Assembly: GCA_035486495.1 (NCBI GenBank)
Contig: DATHNB010000370.1
Span: forward strand, 2,588-66,587
Direction: 5' to 3'
Origin: Ferruginibacter sp.
Lineage (GTDB): Bacteria > Bacteroidota > Bacteroidia > Chitinophagales > Chitinophagaceae
DNA: 64,000 nt
Shown here piece after piece: positions 17,795-26,346 of this stretch. Made by a program: the position numbers and the translations under genes. Under the pieces are notes generated by a model. That model saw nothing but the letters and a program-made list of their open reading frames with translations, was not told where the DNA came from and ran no database searches. Every line of letters starts with the position of its first letter. Within the stretch, counting starts at the first letter, position 1.

Positions 17795-19243
17795 GTGATG
17801 AATAACTCTAAATATGAAGTGGTAATTGGCCTTGAAGTTCATGCTCAATTACTGACAAAAAGCAAATTATTTTGTGGCGATAGCGCATCTTTTGGTGGGC
17901 AACCGAATACGCATGTCAGTCCGGTTACTTTGGCTCATCCCGGCACATTGCCTAAGATGAATAAGCAGGCCATCGAGTATGCTATTAAATTAGGCTTAGC
18001 CTTGAATTGTGATATTGAACAAAATAATTATTTTGCCCGTAAAAATTATTTTTATCCTGATCTTCCAAAAGGTTATCAGGTTAGTCAGCATACCACGCCT
18101 ATTTGTAAAAATGGCCATGTAACGATCAAAGTAGGAGATACAACAAGAAATATTATCCTGAATCGTATCCACATGGAAGAAGATGCGGGTAAGAGTTTAC
18201 ACGATGTAGATGACAAATTTACCTGCATCGATCTGAATCGTGCGGGTGTTCCATTATTAGAAATAGTTACAGAACCAGATCTGCATAGTGCTGAAGAAGC
18301 ATTTGCTTTTTTAACCGAATTGCGTCGTATGGTTCGTTGGCTGAATGTTTGCGATGGAAATATGGAAGAAGGCAGTATGCGTTGCGATGCAAATATTTCG
18401 ATTCGTTTACACGGAGCTGAAAAACTAGGAACCAGAGTTGAAGTAAAAAATCTAAACTCGATCAGGAACGTTAAAAGAGCCATTGAACATGAAGTACAAC
18501 GATTAATAGTAATAGTTGACAATGGGGAAAAAGTTATACAAGAGACAAGAAGTTTTGATGCAAATAACGGCACCACCTTTTCTCTGCGCAGTAAAGAAGA
18601 AGCCGATGATTATCGTTATTTCCCAGATCCAGATCTTACTCCTTTTAATATTACCGATGAGTTTTTAAAGAGTATAAAAGCTTCCATTCCTGCATTGCCT
18701 GAAGAATTGGAAAAAAAATATACCGAAGTGTTTCATCTTCCTACAGCTGATGCAGCAGTTATTTGCAGTGATAAAGAGCAAGCAGATTTTTTTGAAGCAG
18801 TAATTAAGCATACGAATAATTATAAATCTGTTGCCAATTGGTTAATGGGGCCTGTAAAATCGTTTACTAACGAAAAAAATATTGAACTTGTAAGCTTTCC
18901 ATTATCTGTAAAGCAAATTGCACAGTTGGTACAATTGGTTGATGATGGAAAAGTGAATTTTGGTATTGCGTCTTCAAGGATATTCAATGCATTGATTGAA
19001 GCACCAGAAAAAGAACCGTTACAAATTGCTACCGAATTAAATTTGATTCAGGAAAGTGACAGCAGTTTGGTGGAAACTTGGGTAGATGAAGTGTTAGCAA
19101 AAATGCCGGATAAAATAAAAGAGTACAAAAGCGGTAAAAAAAATCTGATAGGATTATTTGTTGGCGAAGTAAAAAAAGTCAGCAAAGGAAAAGCAGATAT
19201 GCAAGTAGTAAATAAACTATTGGCAGATAAATTAAACAACTAA
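17795..19243 (+). CDS. gatB: Asp-tRNA(Asn)/Glu-tRNA(Gln) amidotransferase subunit B
   Basis: VIGLEVHAQL, RKNYFYPDLPKGYQ, HMEEDAGKS, RCDANIS, EVKNLNS and DYRYFPDPDL. Start is GTG 17795 or ATG 17798. Confidence 0.97.
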   Translation: MMNNSKYEVVIGLEVHAQLLTKSKLFCGDSASFGGQPNTHVSPVTLAHPGTLPKMNKQAIEYAIKLGLALNCDIEQNNYFARKNYFYPDLPKGYQVSQHTTPICKNGHVTIKVGDTTRNIILNRIHMEEDAGKSLHDVDDKFTCIDLNRAGVPLLEIVTEPDLHSAEEAFAFLTELRRMVRWLNVCDGNMEEGSMRCDANISIRLHGAEKLGTRVEVKNLNSIRNVKRAIEHEVQRLIVIVDNGEKVIQETRSFDANNGTTFSLRSKEEADDYRYFPDPDLTPFNITDEFLKSIKASIPALPEELEKKYTEVFHLPTADAAVICSDKEQADFFEAVIKHTNNYKSVANWLMGPVKSFTNEKNIELVSFPLSVKQIAQLVQLVDDGKVNFGIASSRIFNALIEAPEKEPLQIATELNLIQESDSSLVETWVDEVLAKMPDKIKEYKSGKKNLIGLFVGEVKKVSKGKADMQVVNKLLADKLNN

Positions 19244-19268
19244 ATTATTTTAATTAGAATCTAATCTT

Positions 19269-20402
19269 ATGAAAAAATTACTCTCTATTATAACGGTAGC
19301 AATAGTGTTGGTTTCTTGTAATCACAAATCTGCTAAAGGTACATTTACAGTATCGGGAGAGATAAAGAATGCGCCGGATCAAAAAGTTTATTTAGATCAA
19401 TTGTTTTTTAGCAATGATGATCCGCAGGTATTGGATACTGCAGAAATGAAAGATGGCAAATTTTCTTTGTCTGCTATTGGTCCTGAAGAAGGTTTGTACA
19501 GAGTTCGTTTAGAAAAAAGCAAATCAGGATTTATATTTATCAATGATCAAAAAGATATTTCTTTTACTGCTAACACACAAAATCTTAGTTTAAGCGGGCC
19601 ATCTTTTAATACACCAGCAAATGCTTTATTAAAAGGATTTATTAGTACAGTTGATTCGCAAGGAAATGCCTTAGAAGCACAACAAAATCAATTGGAACAA
19701 TTAAAGGCACAAAACGTAAGTGACAGTGTTTATAAAATAGCATCTGATGATTTAGATGCGAAAACAGCGCTTATTAAAATGTATATTCTTAACTATATCG
19801 ATACAACTTCAGATCCAATTGTTGGATTATTCGCTTTAGGATATACGCGCAGCATTGATCCTGTATTATTAACAAAACCTGTTAATGACCTGAACCAACG
19901 TTTTGCTAAAAATAAAACGGTTACTACATTGGTAGCACAGTTCAATCAAATGTTACAACAAAATCAAACTAAGTCGGCAGCAGTGGGAGAAGGAAGTATG
20001 GCACCGGAAATAGTTATGCCGGATGTTAATGGTCAATCTTTTGCGTTAAGTTCATTACGTGGTAAATATGTATTGGTAGATTTTTGGGCAAGCTGGTGCG
20101 GCCCTTGTCGTGGTGAAAATCCTAATGTTGTAGCTGCATATAATAAATTTAAAGACAAGAACTTTACTATAGTTGGTGTATCTCTCGATAAAGATAAAAA
20201 GGCATGGATCGATGCTATTAAAGCAGATCATCTTACCTGGATAGAAATAAGTGATCTAAAAGAATGGAACAGCGATGCTGTTACATTGTATAATTTAGAA
20301 AGTATTCCATCAAATGTATTGATAGATCCAACAGGAAAAATTATTGCAAAGGATTTAAGAGGAGATGATTTGCAGAATAAGTTAAGCGAATTGTTTAAAT
20401 AA
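19269..20402 (+). CDS. TlpA-like thiol-disulfide oxidoreductase lipoprotein (DUF4369 + AhpC/TSA)
   Basis: Lipobox LVSC and FWASWCGPC (CxxC). Confidence 0.9.
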   Translation: MKKLLSIITVAIVLVSCNHKSAKGTFTVSGEIKNAPDQKVYLDQLFFSNDDPQVLDTAEMKDGKFSLSAIGPEEGLYRVRLEKSKSGFIFINDQKDISFTANTQNLSLSGPSFNTPANALLKGFISTVDSQGNALEAQQNQLEQLKAQNVSDSVYKIASDDLDAKTALIKMYILNYIDTTSDPIVGLFALGYTRSIDPVLLTKPVNDLNQRFAKNKTVTTLVAQFNQMLQQNQTKSAAVGEGSMAPEIVMPDVNGQSFALSSLRGKYVLVDFWASWCGPCRGENPNVVAAYNKFKDKNFTIVGVSLDKDKKAWIDAIKADHLTWIEISDLKEWNSDAVTLYNLESIPSNVLIDPTGKIIAKDLRGDDLQNKLSELFK

Positions 20403-20424
20403 ACTAAAAACTAATTAATAAAGC

Positions 20425-20456
20425 AAAAGAGGCGCATATAATTATGTGCCTCTTTT
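20425..20456. terminator. Intrinsic (likely bidirectional) terminator
   Basis: AAAAGAGGCGCATA-TAAT-TATGTGCCTCTTTT. Confidence 0.8.
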
Positions 20457-20500
20457 ATTATACTACAATTAAACAATACTCATTGATTCAGTAGTATCCA

Positions 20501-20534
20501 AAAAGTCCCCCTTCAGGGGGATTTAGGGGGTTTT
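20501..20534. repeat. REP-like unit CCCCC-TTCA-GGGGG-N5-GGGGG, copy 1
   Basis: AAAAGTCCCCCTTCAGGGGGATTTAGGGGGTTTT; overlaps the MMPL gene stop codon. Related copies at 36447 and 36642. Confidence 0.75.
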
Positions 20535-22859
20535 ATTTTTAGGCGCCTGCAACAATAATAAAACCGGCAACAAAGTAAGATTAGTTAAAGTTGCCACTAA
20601 TAATGTAACAGAAGTTAACCAACCCAAAGCAAACGTACCACCAAAATTGCTTAAACAAAATATAATAAACCCTGCAATTAAAACCAGTGATGTGTATACA
20701 ATACTTAATCCAGTATGTTTTATGGTAGAAGTAACGGTTGCGGGTACATTATTATTATGTAGCGGTAATTCTTGTTTATAGTTGACCAAAAAACGAATAG
20801 TAATATCAATAGCAATACCTAAAGCAACGCTAAATACTAATACTGTTGACGGCTTAAGTGCAACGCCGGCCCAACCCATAACCCCAGCTGTAATTACCAA
20901 TGGAATTAAATTAGGTATAAGTGAGCAGATCAATATTCTGAATGATTTGAATAAATACAACATACATAATGCGATCAATAAAAAGGCCCAGAATATACTT
21001 TGCTTGAGTCCTTTAACAATAAAACTACTGCCTTCTAAAAAGGTGATACTTGTTCCGGTTAATTCAACTTTGTATTGTGCTGTATCAAATAATTCGTTTA
21101 CTTTATTTTGAATGCCGTTTAATATTACAGGTAGTTGTACTGTACCAACATCAGCCATATTGATGTTTACGCGGGTTGATTGTCTTGCTGTATCAATAAA
21201 TGATGAGAGCATTTTGGTAAAATTATTTTGCTTGCCTTTCTCATCTGCTTTTGATGGTCTGAGGTATTCTCCTACAAATGCGCCATCAAAAGCATTTGGT
21301 AATACATATTGTGTAGAATCGCCATCATAAAAAGCTTGCTTGGCAAATTTTAATCCTTCTGCAATGCTTATCGGTCGGCTCATTTCTTTTTGTGCCGTGA
21401 TATATTGTGATAAAGAATCTATTTTTTCAAATGTTTTTAAGGCACGCATTCCTGCAAGTCCAAAACGTTTTTTAGTATCTATTACAATCTCCAAAGGCAT
21501 TACTCCTTTAAAGTTTGTTTCAAAAAAACGTAGGTCAGTATATATCTTGTCGTTCTTTGGCAAGTCATCAACAATAAAAGCTTCACTCTTTAATTTAAAG
21601 ATACCGGCTATAGAAAAGATCAATACAATTGCTGTAATTGCATAAACCCACTTTGCATGGCACATTACCCAATCTTCTAACTTTAATAAAAAAGAAGTTA
21701 CCAGTTTGTTGTTTAGATATCTCGTTTGTGATGGTTTAGGTGCAGGTAAATAACTTAATGCAGACGGTAATAGAATAAATGAAATAACAAATATTACCAT
21801 GATGCTAATACCTGCTACAACACCAAACTCTTTTAGAATGGCACTTTTGGTGAAAGCAAAAACGGCAAAACCAATAGCAGCAGCAATATTGCAGAATAAG
21901 GTAACAACGCCCATCTTGCTAACCATATTCACTAATGCTGTTTTTTTATCTTCTAATTCTATATAAGAATAATGATACTTATTAATAAAATAAATACAGT
22001 TAGGGATTCCTATCACTACGATCAATGAAGGGATCAATGCACTTAATAAAGTAATATTATAACCGCATAAAACCATTACACCTAAACTCCATATCACACC
22101 AAGGATCACTACCAGTAAAGACAATACCATTGTGCTAAATGATCGAAAAAATAATAACAAGATCAATGCACTTAATAATATTGATCCAAGCAAAAAGATC
22201 TTCATCTCTCTTTGTACCATATCACCAACCTCTGTTTTTATTAATGGAAGTCCGCTGATATGTGTTTCAATATTTGTTGATGATTGAAACTTATTTACAA
22301 CAGCAATAATATCAGCAACAATTTTAGAACGTTTTTTAGAATTGATAGCATCCTTATTAATTCTGACAGCAATCAGGTATGCGTGAGTTTCCGGGTTATA
22401 TAATAAAGTTTGATAAAAAGGAAGATTAAGAAAAACAGCTTTGGCTGAATCTAATTGTTGTTGAGTGGTAATATCGTCATTGAATATTCTTACTGCATTT
22501 AGTTTCTCTGTAGCCGAATCTTTCACTAACGTAATAGAAGAAGGAACGCTTAATATATCTTCTACATATTCAACTTTCTTTATGTCTTTATGCAACTTTT
22601 GGTATGCCTTAAAAACATCCAACGTAAATAATTTATCTGTTTGTATGCCTATTACTAATGTATTTCCATCATCACCAAACTTCTGTTTAAACGCTACATA
22701 ATCTTTATATTTTTGATTATCAGTAGGAATGGCTCTCGCAAAATCGTAACTCAATTTTACCTTGCTGGCAAAAAAGCCCATTAGCCCTGTTGCAGCTAAT
22801 AATAGAATAAGCAGCAGTAACCTACATTTAATTACGAAATTTCCTAAACGTTGCCACAT
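20523..22859 (-). CDS. MMPL/RND-family transporter
   Basis: Two repeats of TM + large loop + 5 TMs; GIPNCIY and GIAIDITIRF patterns. ATG 22859 is preferred. Confidence 0.85.
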   Translation of the reverse strand: MWQRLGNFVIKCRLLLLILLLAATGLMGFFASKVKLSYDFARAIPTDNQKYKDYVAFKQKFGDDGNTLVIGIQTDKLFTLDVFKAYQKLHKDIKKVEYVEDILSVPSSITLVKDSATEKLNAVRIFNDDITTQQQLDSAKAVFLNLPFYQTLLYNPETHAYLIAVRINKDAINSKKRSKIVADIIAVVNKFQSSTNIETHISGLPLIKTEVGDMVQREMKIFLLGSILLSALILLLFFRSFSTMVLSLLVVILGVIWSLGVMVLCGYNITLLSALIPSLIVVIGIPNCIYFINKYHYSYIELEDKKTALVNMVSKMGVVTLFCNIAAAIGFAVFAFTKSAILKEFGVVAGISIMVIFVISFILLPSALSYLPAPKPSQTRYLNNKLVTSFLLKLEDWVMCHAKWVYAITAIVLIFSIAGIFKLKSEAFIVDDLPKNDKIYTDLRFFETNFKGVMPLEIVIDTKKRFGLAGMRALKTFEKIDSLSQYITAQKEMSRPISIAEGLKFAKQAFYDGDSTQYVLPNAFDGAFVGEYLRPSKADEKGKQNNFTKMLSSFIDTARQSTRVNINMADVGTVQLPVILNGIQNKVNELFDTAQYKVELTGTSITFLEGSSFIVKGLKQSIFWAFLLIALCMLYLFKSFRILICSLIPNLIPLVITAGVMGWAGVALKPSTVLVFSVALGIAIDITIRFLVNYKQELPLHNNNVPATVTSTIKHTGLSIVYTSLVLIAGFIIFCLSNFGGTFALGWLTSVTLLVATLTNLTLLPVLLLLQAPKNKTP

Positions 22860-23026
22860 AGAGATTTGTTTGATAATGAATTGCAAAGAAAACCATTTTG
22901 TATTGCTTATCCATAAACATGCCAGTATAAGTTTGTTTACTTTTGTGTATAATTTGTTTGCGAGATTAATATTTTAACATCCTTTTAAGCAAATCACCTA
23001 TCAGTCTAGTAAATTGATGGATAATT

Positions 23027-23767
23027 ATGACACATAAAACCAAGGGCATAGTATTACGAACGGTAAAATATGGTGAAACCAGTGTAGTGGTAACCATGTT
23101 TACCGAATTGTTCGGCATACAAACCTATATGGTAAATGGTGTGCGTACTTCAAAAAAGTCTTCTGCAAAAGCCAGTCATTTTCAACCCGGTTGTATTTTA
23201 GAGATGGTTGTTTATCACAATGATCTAAAAACGATGCATCATATCAAAGAATTCAAATGGGCCTATTTATATGAGCATATTTTAAGCAACGTAATAAAAA
23301 ATAGTATTGCTCTATATATGGTTGAATTGATCAATAAAAGTTTAAAGCAACCTGAAGAAAATACCAAGCTTTTTTATTTTTGTGAAGATGCGTTAATGCA
23401 ACTAGATACTGCCAGTAAAACAGTTACAGCAAATTTTGCTTTGTATTTTACATTGCACCTTACCCATTTTTTTGGATTTAGGATGAATGATGATTATGAT
23501 GCAGAACACAATATTCTTGATTTGGAAGAAGGTACTTTTATACATGAACAGCCAATACATCCTAATTTTATTGATGGAGAACAAGCATTGCTTACATCGC
23601 AATTATTAAAAGTAATGCAGCCGTATGAATTGGAGGATTTGAAATTAAATCACGAAACAAGAAGAAAACTATTATATCGTTATCAGGATTATTATGCTTT
23701 GCATATTCATGATTTTGGATTTATGAAAACGTTGCCCATATTACATGAAGTATTATCTGAAGGATAG
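23027..23767 (+). CDS. recO: DNA repair protein RecO
   Basis: KTKGIVLRTVKYGETS OB-fold start; HFFGF region. Confidence 0.92.
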   Translation: MTHKTKGIVLRTVKYGETSVVVTMFTELFGIQTYMVNGVRTSKKSSAKASHFQPGCILEMVVYHNDLKTMHHIKEFKWAYLYEHILSNVIKNSIALYMVELINKSLKQPEENTKLFYFCEDALMQLDTASKTVTANFALYFTLHLTHFFGFRMNDDYDAEHNILDLEEGTFIHEQPIHPNFIDGEQALLTSQLLKVMQPYELEDLKLNHETRRKLLYRYQDYYALHIHDFGFMKTLPILHEVLSEG

Positions 23768-24949
23768 CTAGATGATCCTTTTTGCTGAAGATTGTTGTGT
23801 AGTTGCTAGCTCGTTTACTTTATCGATCAATACAACTCCGGGCTTTTTTCCTTTTTCAAAACTTCCGAAAGTATCATTTATCTGCAATGCTTTAGCACCA
23901 TTGATGGTGGCCCAGGTTAAAATTTCCTGCAATGAAATATTTGTGTCTTGCTGAATCATTTTTATTTCTTCCAAAACATTTAATTGCCAATTGCTGGCGT
24001 AACTATCTGTACCGATAACAATATTGTGCCTGCTGTTTCTTAATAATTCAAATGGAGGAATTTTTTGCTCTATATATTTATTGGCATTGATGCAAACGCA
24101 GAAATACAGTTGTTGATCTTTTCTTGTATTTATAAAATCAATATCCTCTTTTTTTATAAAAGTATTGTGTACTGATATGATAGATTGGTTGTTTGTAAAA
24201 TAGGGAAGAAAACTTTGTAAGCTGCTTTTGCCTCTAGGTTGAAAACTACTAATATCAATTCCGAAATTTTTGTATAATTCTAAAAAGCTACCAGTTTTGT
24301 TTTTGTATAATTCTTCTTCCGCTAAACATTCCTGGTTATGGATCGTTATTAATTGTTCAATTGTTTCATTGTTCAATTGTTCAAACAAAGTTTTTGAAAC
24401 ACTGTATGGCGCATGCGGAGAAAGAGCGCTATCACTTTTTAGTTTTGACTTTTCACTTTTGAATTTGGCCAGTACAATTTTAGCCTCATCCAATCGCTTC
24501 CCTGCCACAGCATCTACAAAACCACTTACTTCCACAAAATTGTGCCAATAGATATTGCTTTTTTGTTTGATAGGTATGGAATCTGCAGTATTGCAAATAT
24601 CACCCACTGCTATAGTACCACTTACGTATAATTCTTGCTCGGCTTTGTCCATGGCATCCAGTTTTTCTTCATCGGATGCACCTCTTTTTATCATTACCTG
24701 TTGAACAAATTGAACCAATCCCGTTCCTTCAGGAACTACATTTTTTAGATGGCTCAGTTCCAGGTGGCAATGTGCATTTACGAAGCCTGGTGTGAGTATG
24801 CCGTCAAATACTTCGATATTATCACCGGCGCCTTTTGTAGAAATTATATCGACTATTATTCCTTCATTATCAGTTACTAAAACCATTTCGGGGTCTAAAA
24901 ACTCGGAGCCTGTAAATATATTATTAGCCTTAAATTTTCTAAAATGCAT
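23768..24949 (-). CDS. Metal-dependent amidohydrolase
   Basis: PGFVNAHCHLELS (HxH), SPHAPYS, IHNQE and IGTDS. Confidence 0.88.
   Translation of the reverse strand: MHFRKFKANNIFTGSEFLDPEMVLVTDNEGIIVDIISTKGAGDNIEVFDGILTPGFVNAHCHLELSHLKNVVPEGTGLVQFVQQVMIKRGASDEEKLDAMDKAEQELYVSGTIAVGDICNTADSIPIKQKSNIYWHNFVEVSGFVDAVAGKRLDEAKIVLAKFKSEKSKLKSDSALSPHAPYSVSKTLFEQLNNETIEQLITIHNQECLAEEELYKNKTGSFLELYKNFGIDISSFQPRGKSSLQSFLPYFTNNQSIISVHNTFIKKEDIDFINTRKDQQLYFCVCINANKYIEQKIPPFELLRNSRHNIVIGTDSYASNWQLNVLEEIKMIQQDTNISLQEILTWATINGAKALQINDTFGSFEKGKKPGVVLIDKVNELATTQQSSAKRII
24351..24382. repeat. In-frame octamer array inside the amidohydrolase gene
   Basis: AATTGTTC AATTGTTT CATTGTTC AATTGTTC; encodes EQLNNETIEQL on the minus strand. 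Confidence 0.65.
24433..24467. repeat. In-frame heptamer array inside the amidohydrolase gene
   Basis: CACTTTT TAGTTTT GACTTTT CACTTTT GAATTTG; encodes KFKSEKSKLKS on the minus strand. Confidence 0.65.
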
Positions 24950-24967
24950 GAATTGTGTTTAAAACTT

Positions 24968-24975
24968 TAAATTTG
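24968..24975 (+). promoter_or_regulatory. -7 promoter element (prfA)
   Basis: TAAATTTG, giving a ~100-nt leader. Confidence 0.6.
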
Positions 24976-25010
24976 CCGCCAAACTTTGAATAAAAGTTCA
25001 ATAAAGGTAT

Positions 25011-25059
25011 GCAGTACAAGTGAGTGACACAACGATGTTGACAATTGTTACTCAGCTGG
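25011..25059 (+). ncRNA. Dispersed structured element, copy A (in the prfA leader)
   Basis: GCAGTACAAGTGAGTGACACAACGATGTTGACAATTGTTACTCAGCTGG; GAGTGAC/GTTACTC stem; core resembles copies at 36562 and 55849. Confidence 0.5.
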
Positions 25060-25078
25060 TAAAAAATAAAAATACATC

Positions 25079-26143
25079 ATGTTAGATAAACTGGATGCGA
25101 TAAAAGCAAAATTTGATAACCTGGGAGTGGCGCTTACCAACCCGGAAATTGTGAGCGATAACAAAAAGTTCAGCGCTATGAGTAAAGAATACCGTAGCCT
25201 TGAAAAAATTGTGAATGCAAGAAACGCTTATGTAAAATTGTTGGATGATATTGAATTTAACAAAGAGGTATTAAGCAGCAGTGATGAAGAGATGAGGGAA
25301 TTGGCCAAGCAGGAACTTCCAGCAATGGAAGAAAGTAAAACGGAGATGGAAAAGCAATTGCGTAATATGCTGATCCCGAAAGATCCGTATGATGAGAAGA
25401 ATGCGATCTTAGAAATTCGTGCAGGAACTGGTGGTGATGAGGCATCTCTTTTTGCTGGCGATCTTTTAAGGATGTATTTAAAATACAGTGAAAAGAAAGG
25501 CTGGAAAACAGCTATTTTAAGTGAAAGTGATGGAACGGTAGGTGGTTATAAAGAGGTGCAGGTAGAGATTTCCGGCGATGATGTATATGGCACCATGAAA
25601 TTTGAAAGTGGGGTACATCGTGTACAAAGGGTACCCGACACAGAAGGTAGCGGTCGTGTGCATACGAGTGCTGCAACAGTAGCGGTAATGCCAGAGGCAG
25701 ATGAAATAGATTTTGAATTGAAAGAGAGCGATGTTAAAATGGAAACTGCCCGAAGCGGTGGAGCGGGTGGACAGAACGTAAATAAAGTAGAAACAAAAGT
25801 ATTCTTAACGCATAAGCCCACTGGTCTTGTTGTAATGTGCCAAACGGAACGTAGTCAGTTGGGAAATAAGCTAAAGGCGATGGACATGATGCGTACTAAA
25901 TTGTACGATGAAGAAGTTAGAAAAGCAGAAGAAGCTATCTCACACAAAAGAAAAAGCTTAGTGAGTACTGGTGATAGAAGTGCTAAAATAAGAACGTATA
26001 ATTTTCCTCAAGGTCGCGTAACGGATCATCGTATTGGCTTGACCGTATATAATTTAGATACTGTATTAAATGGTGAAGTGCAGGAATTTATTGATGCTTT
26101 ACAGTTTGCAGAAAATGCAGAAAAAATGACGGCTCAAAACTAA
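25079..26143 (+). CDS. prfA: Peptide chain release factor 1
   Basis: [14 protein letters not shown] (PxT RF1 specificity motif), GGQ and [15 protein letters not shown]. Confidence 0.97.
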   Translation: MLDKLDAIKAKFDNLGVALTNPEIVSDNKKFSAMSKEYRSLEKIVNARNAYVKLLDDIEFNKEVLSSSDEEMRELAKQELPAMEESKTEMEKQLRNMLIPKDPYDEKNAILEIRAGTGGDEASLFAGDLLRMYLKYSEKKGWKTAILSESDGTVGGYKEVQVEISGDDVYGTMKFESGVHRVQRVPDTEGSGRVHTSAATVAVMPEADEIDFELKESDVKMETARSGGAGGQNVNKVETKVFLTHKPTGLVVMCQTERSQLGNKLKAMDMMRTKLYDEEVRKAEEAISHKRKSLVSTGDRSAKIRTYNFPQGRVTDHRIGLTVYNLDTVLNGEVQEFIDALQFAENAEKMTAQN

Positions 26144-26159
26144 AAAGAAGTACTGGGTT

Positions 26160-26175
26160 TTGGCACATTATTTGT
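26160..26175 (+). promoter_or_regulatory. Sigma54-type -24/-12 promoter candidate
   Basis: TTGGCACATTATTTGT: GG at 26162-63 and TTGT with exact sigma54 spacing (C>T at -12). Confidence 0.5.
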
Positions 26176-26186
26176 TTTTGAGTAAG

Positions 26187-26265
26187 TATTCTACAATAGA
26201 AACGAACAATCTCATAAACAGTTAGTTTTGGTACCGGCCTCTCGTTCCCGAGAGGCCTATTTTTT
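26187..26265 (+). ncRNA. Candidate ~80-nt small RNA
   Basis: Bounded by the sigma54-like promoter and a GC-rich terminator; no ATG-initiated ORF; the downstream gene has its own promoter. Confidence 0.4.
26236..26265 (+). terminator. Intrinsic terminator
   Basis: GGCCTCTCG-TTCC-CGAGAGGCC followed by TATTTTTT. Confidence 0.85.
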
Positions 26266-26332
26266 GACAAACTGATACTGTTATTATTGGCCTAATTATA
26301 TGTTTTATTTTATATAAGACCATTTAAAAACA

Positions 26333-26340
26333 TAATTTTG
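26333..26340 (+). promoter_or_regulatory. -7 promoter element (GH18-PDA-GT2 gene)
   Basis: TAATTTTG ending 6 nt before ATG 26347. Confidence 0.6.
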
Positions 26341-26346
26341 CACCGA

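Noticed and set aside
17795-19243. gatB without gatA/gatC
   Set aside because: gat genes are often dispersed in Bacteroidota, so absence from one window is uninformative.
25079-26143. Programmed frameshift in the release factor gene
   Set aside because: This is RF1 (PxT motif) with one continuous frame; the +1 shift is a prfB feature.
26144-26346. c-di-GMP riboswitch upstream of the polysaccharide synthase
   Set aside because: No GGCAAA/GNRA-receptor (class I) or kink-turn (class II) pattern was found, and the gene has its own promoter downstream of the hairpin.
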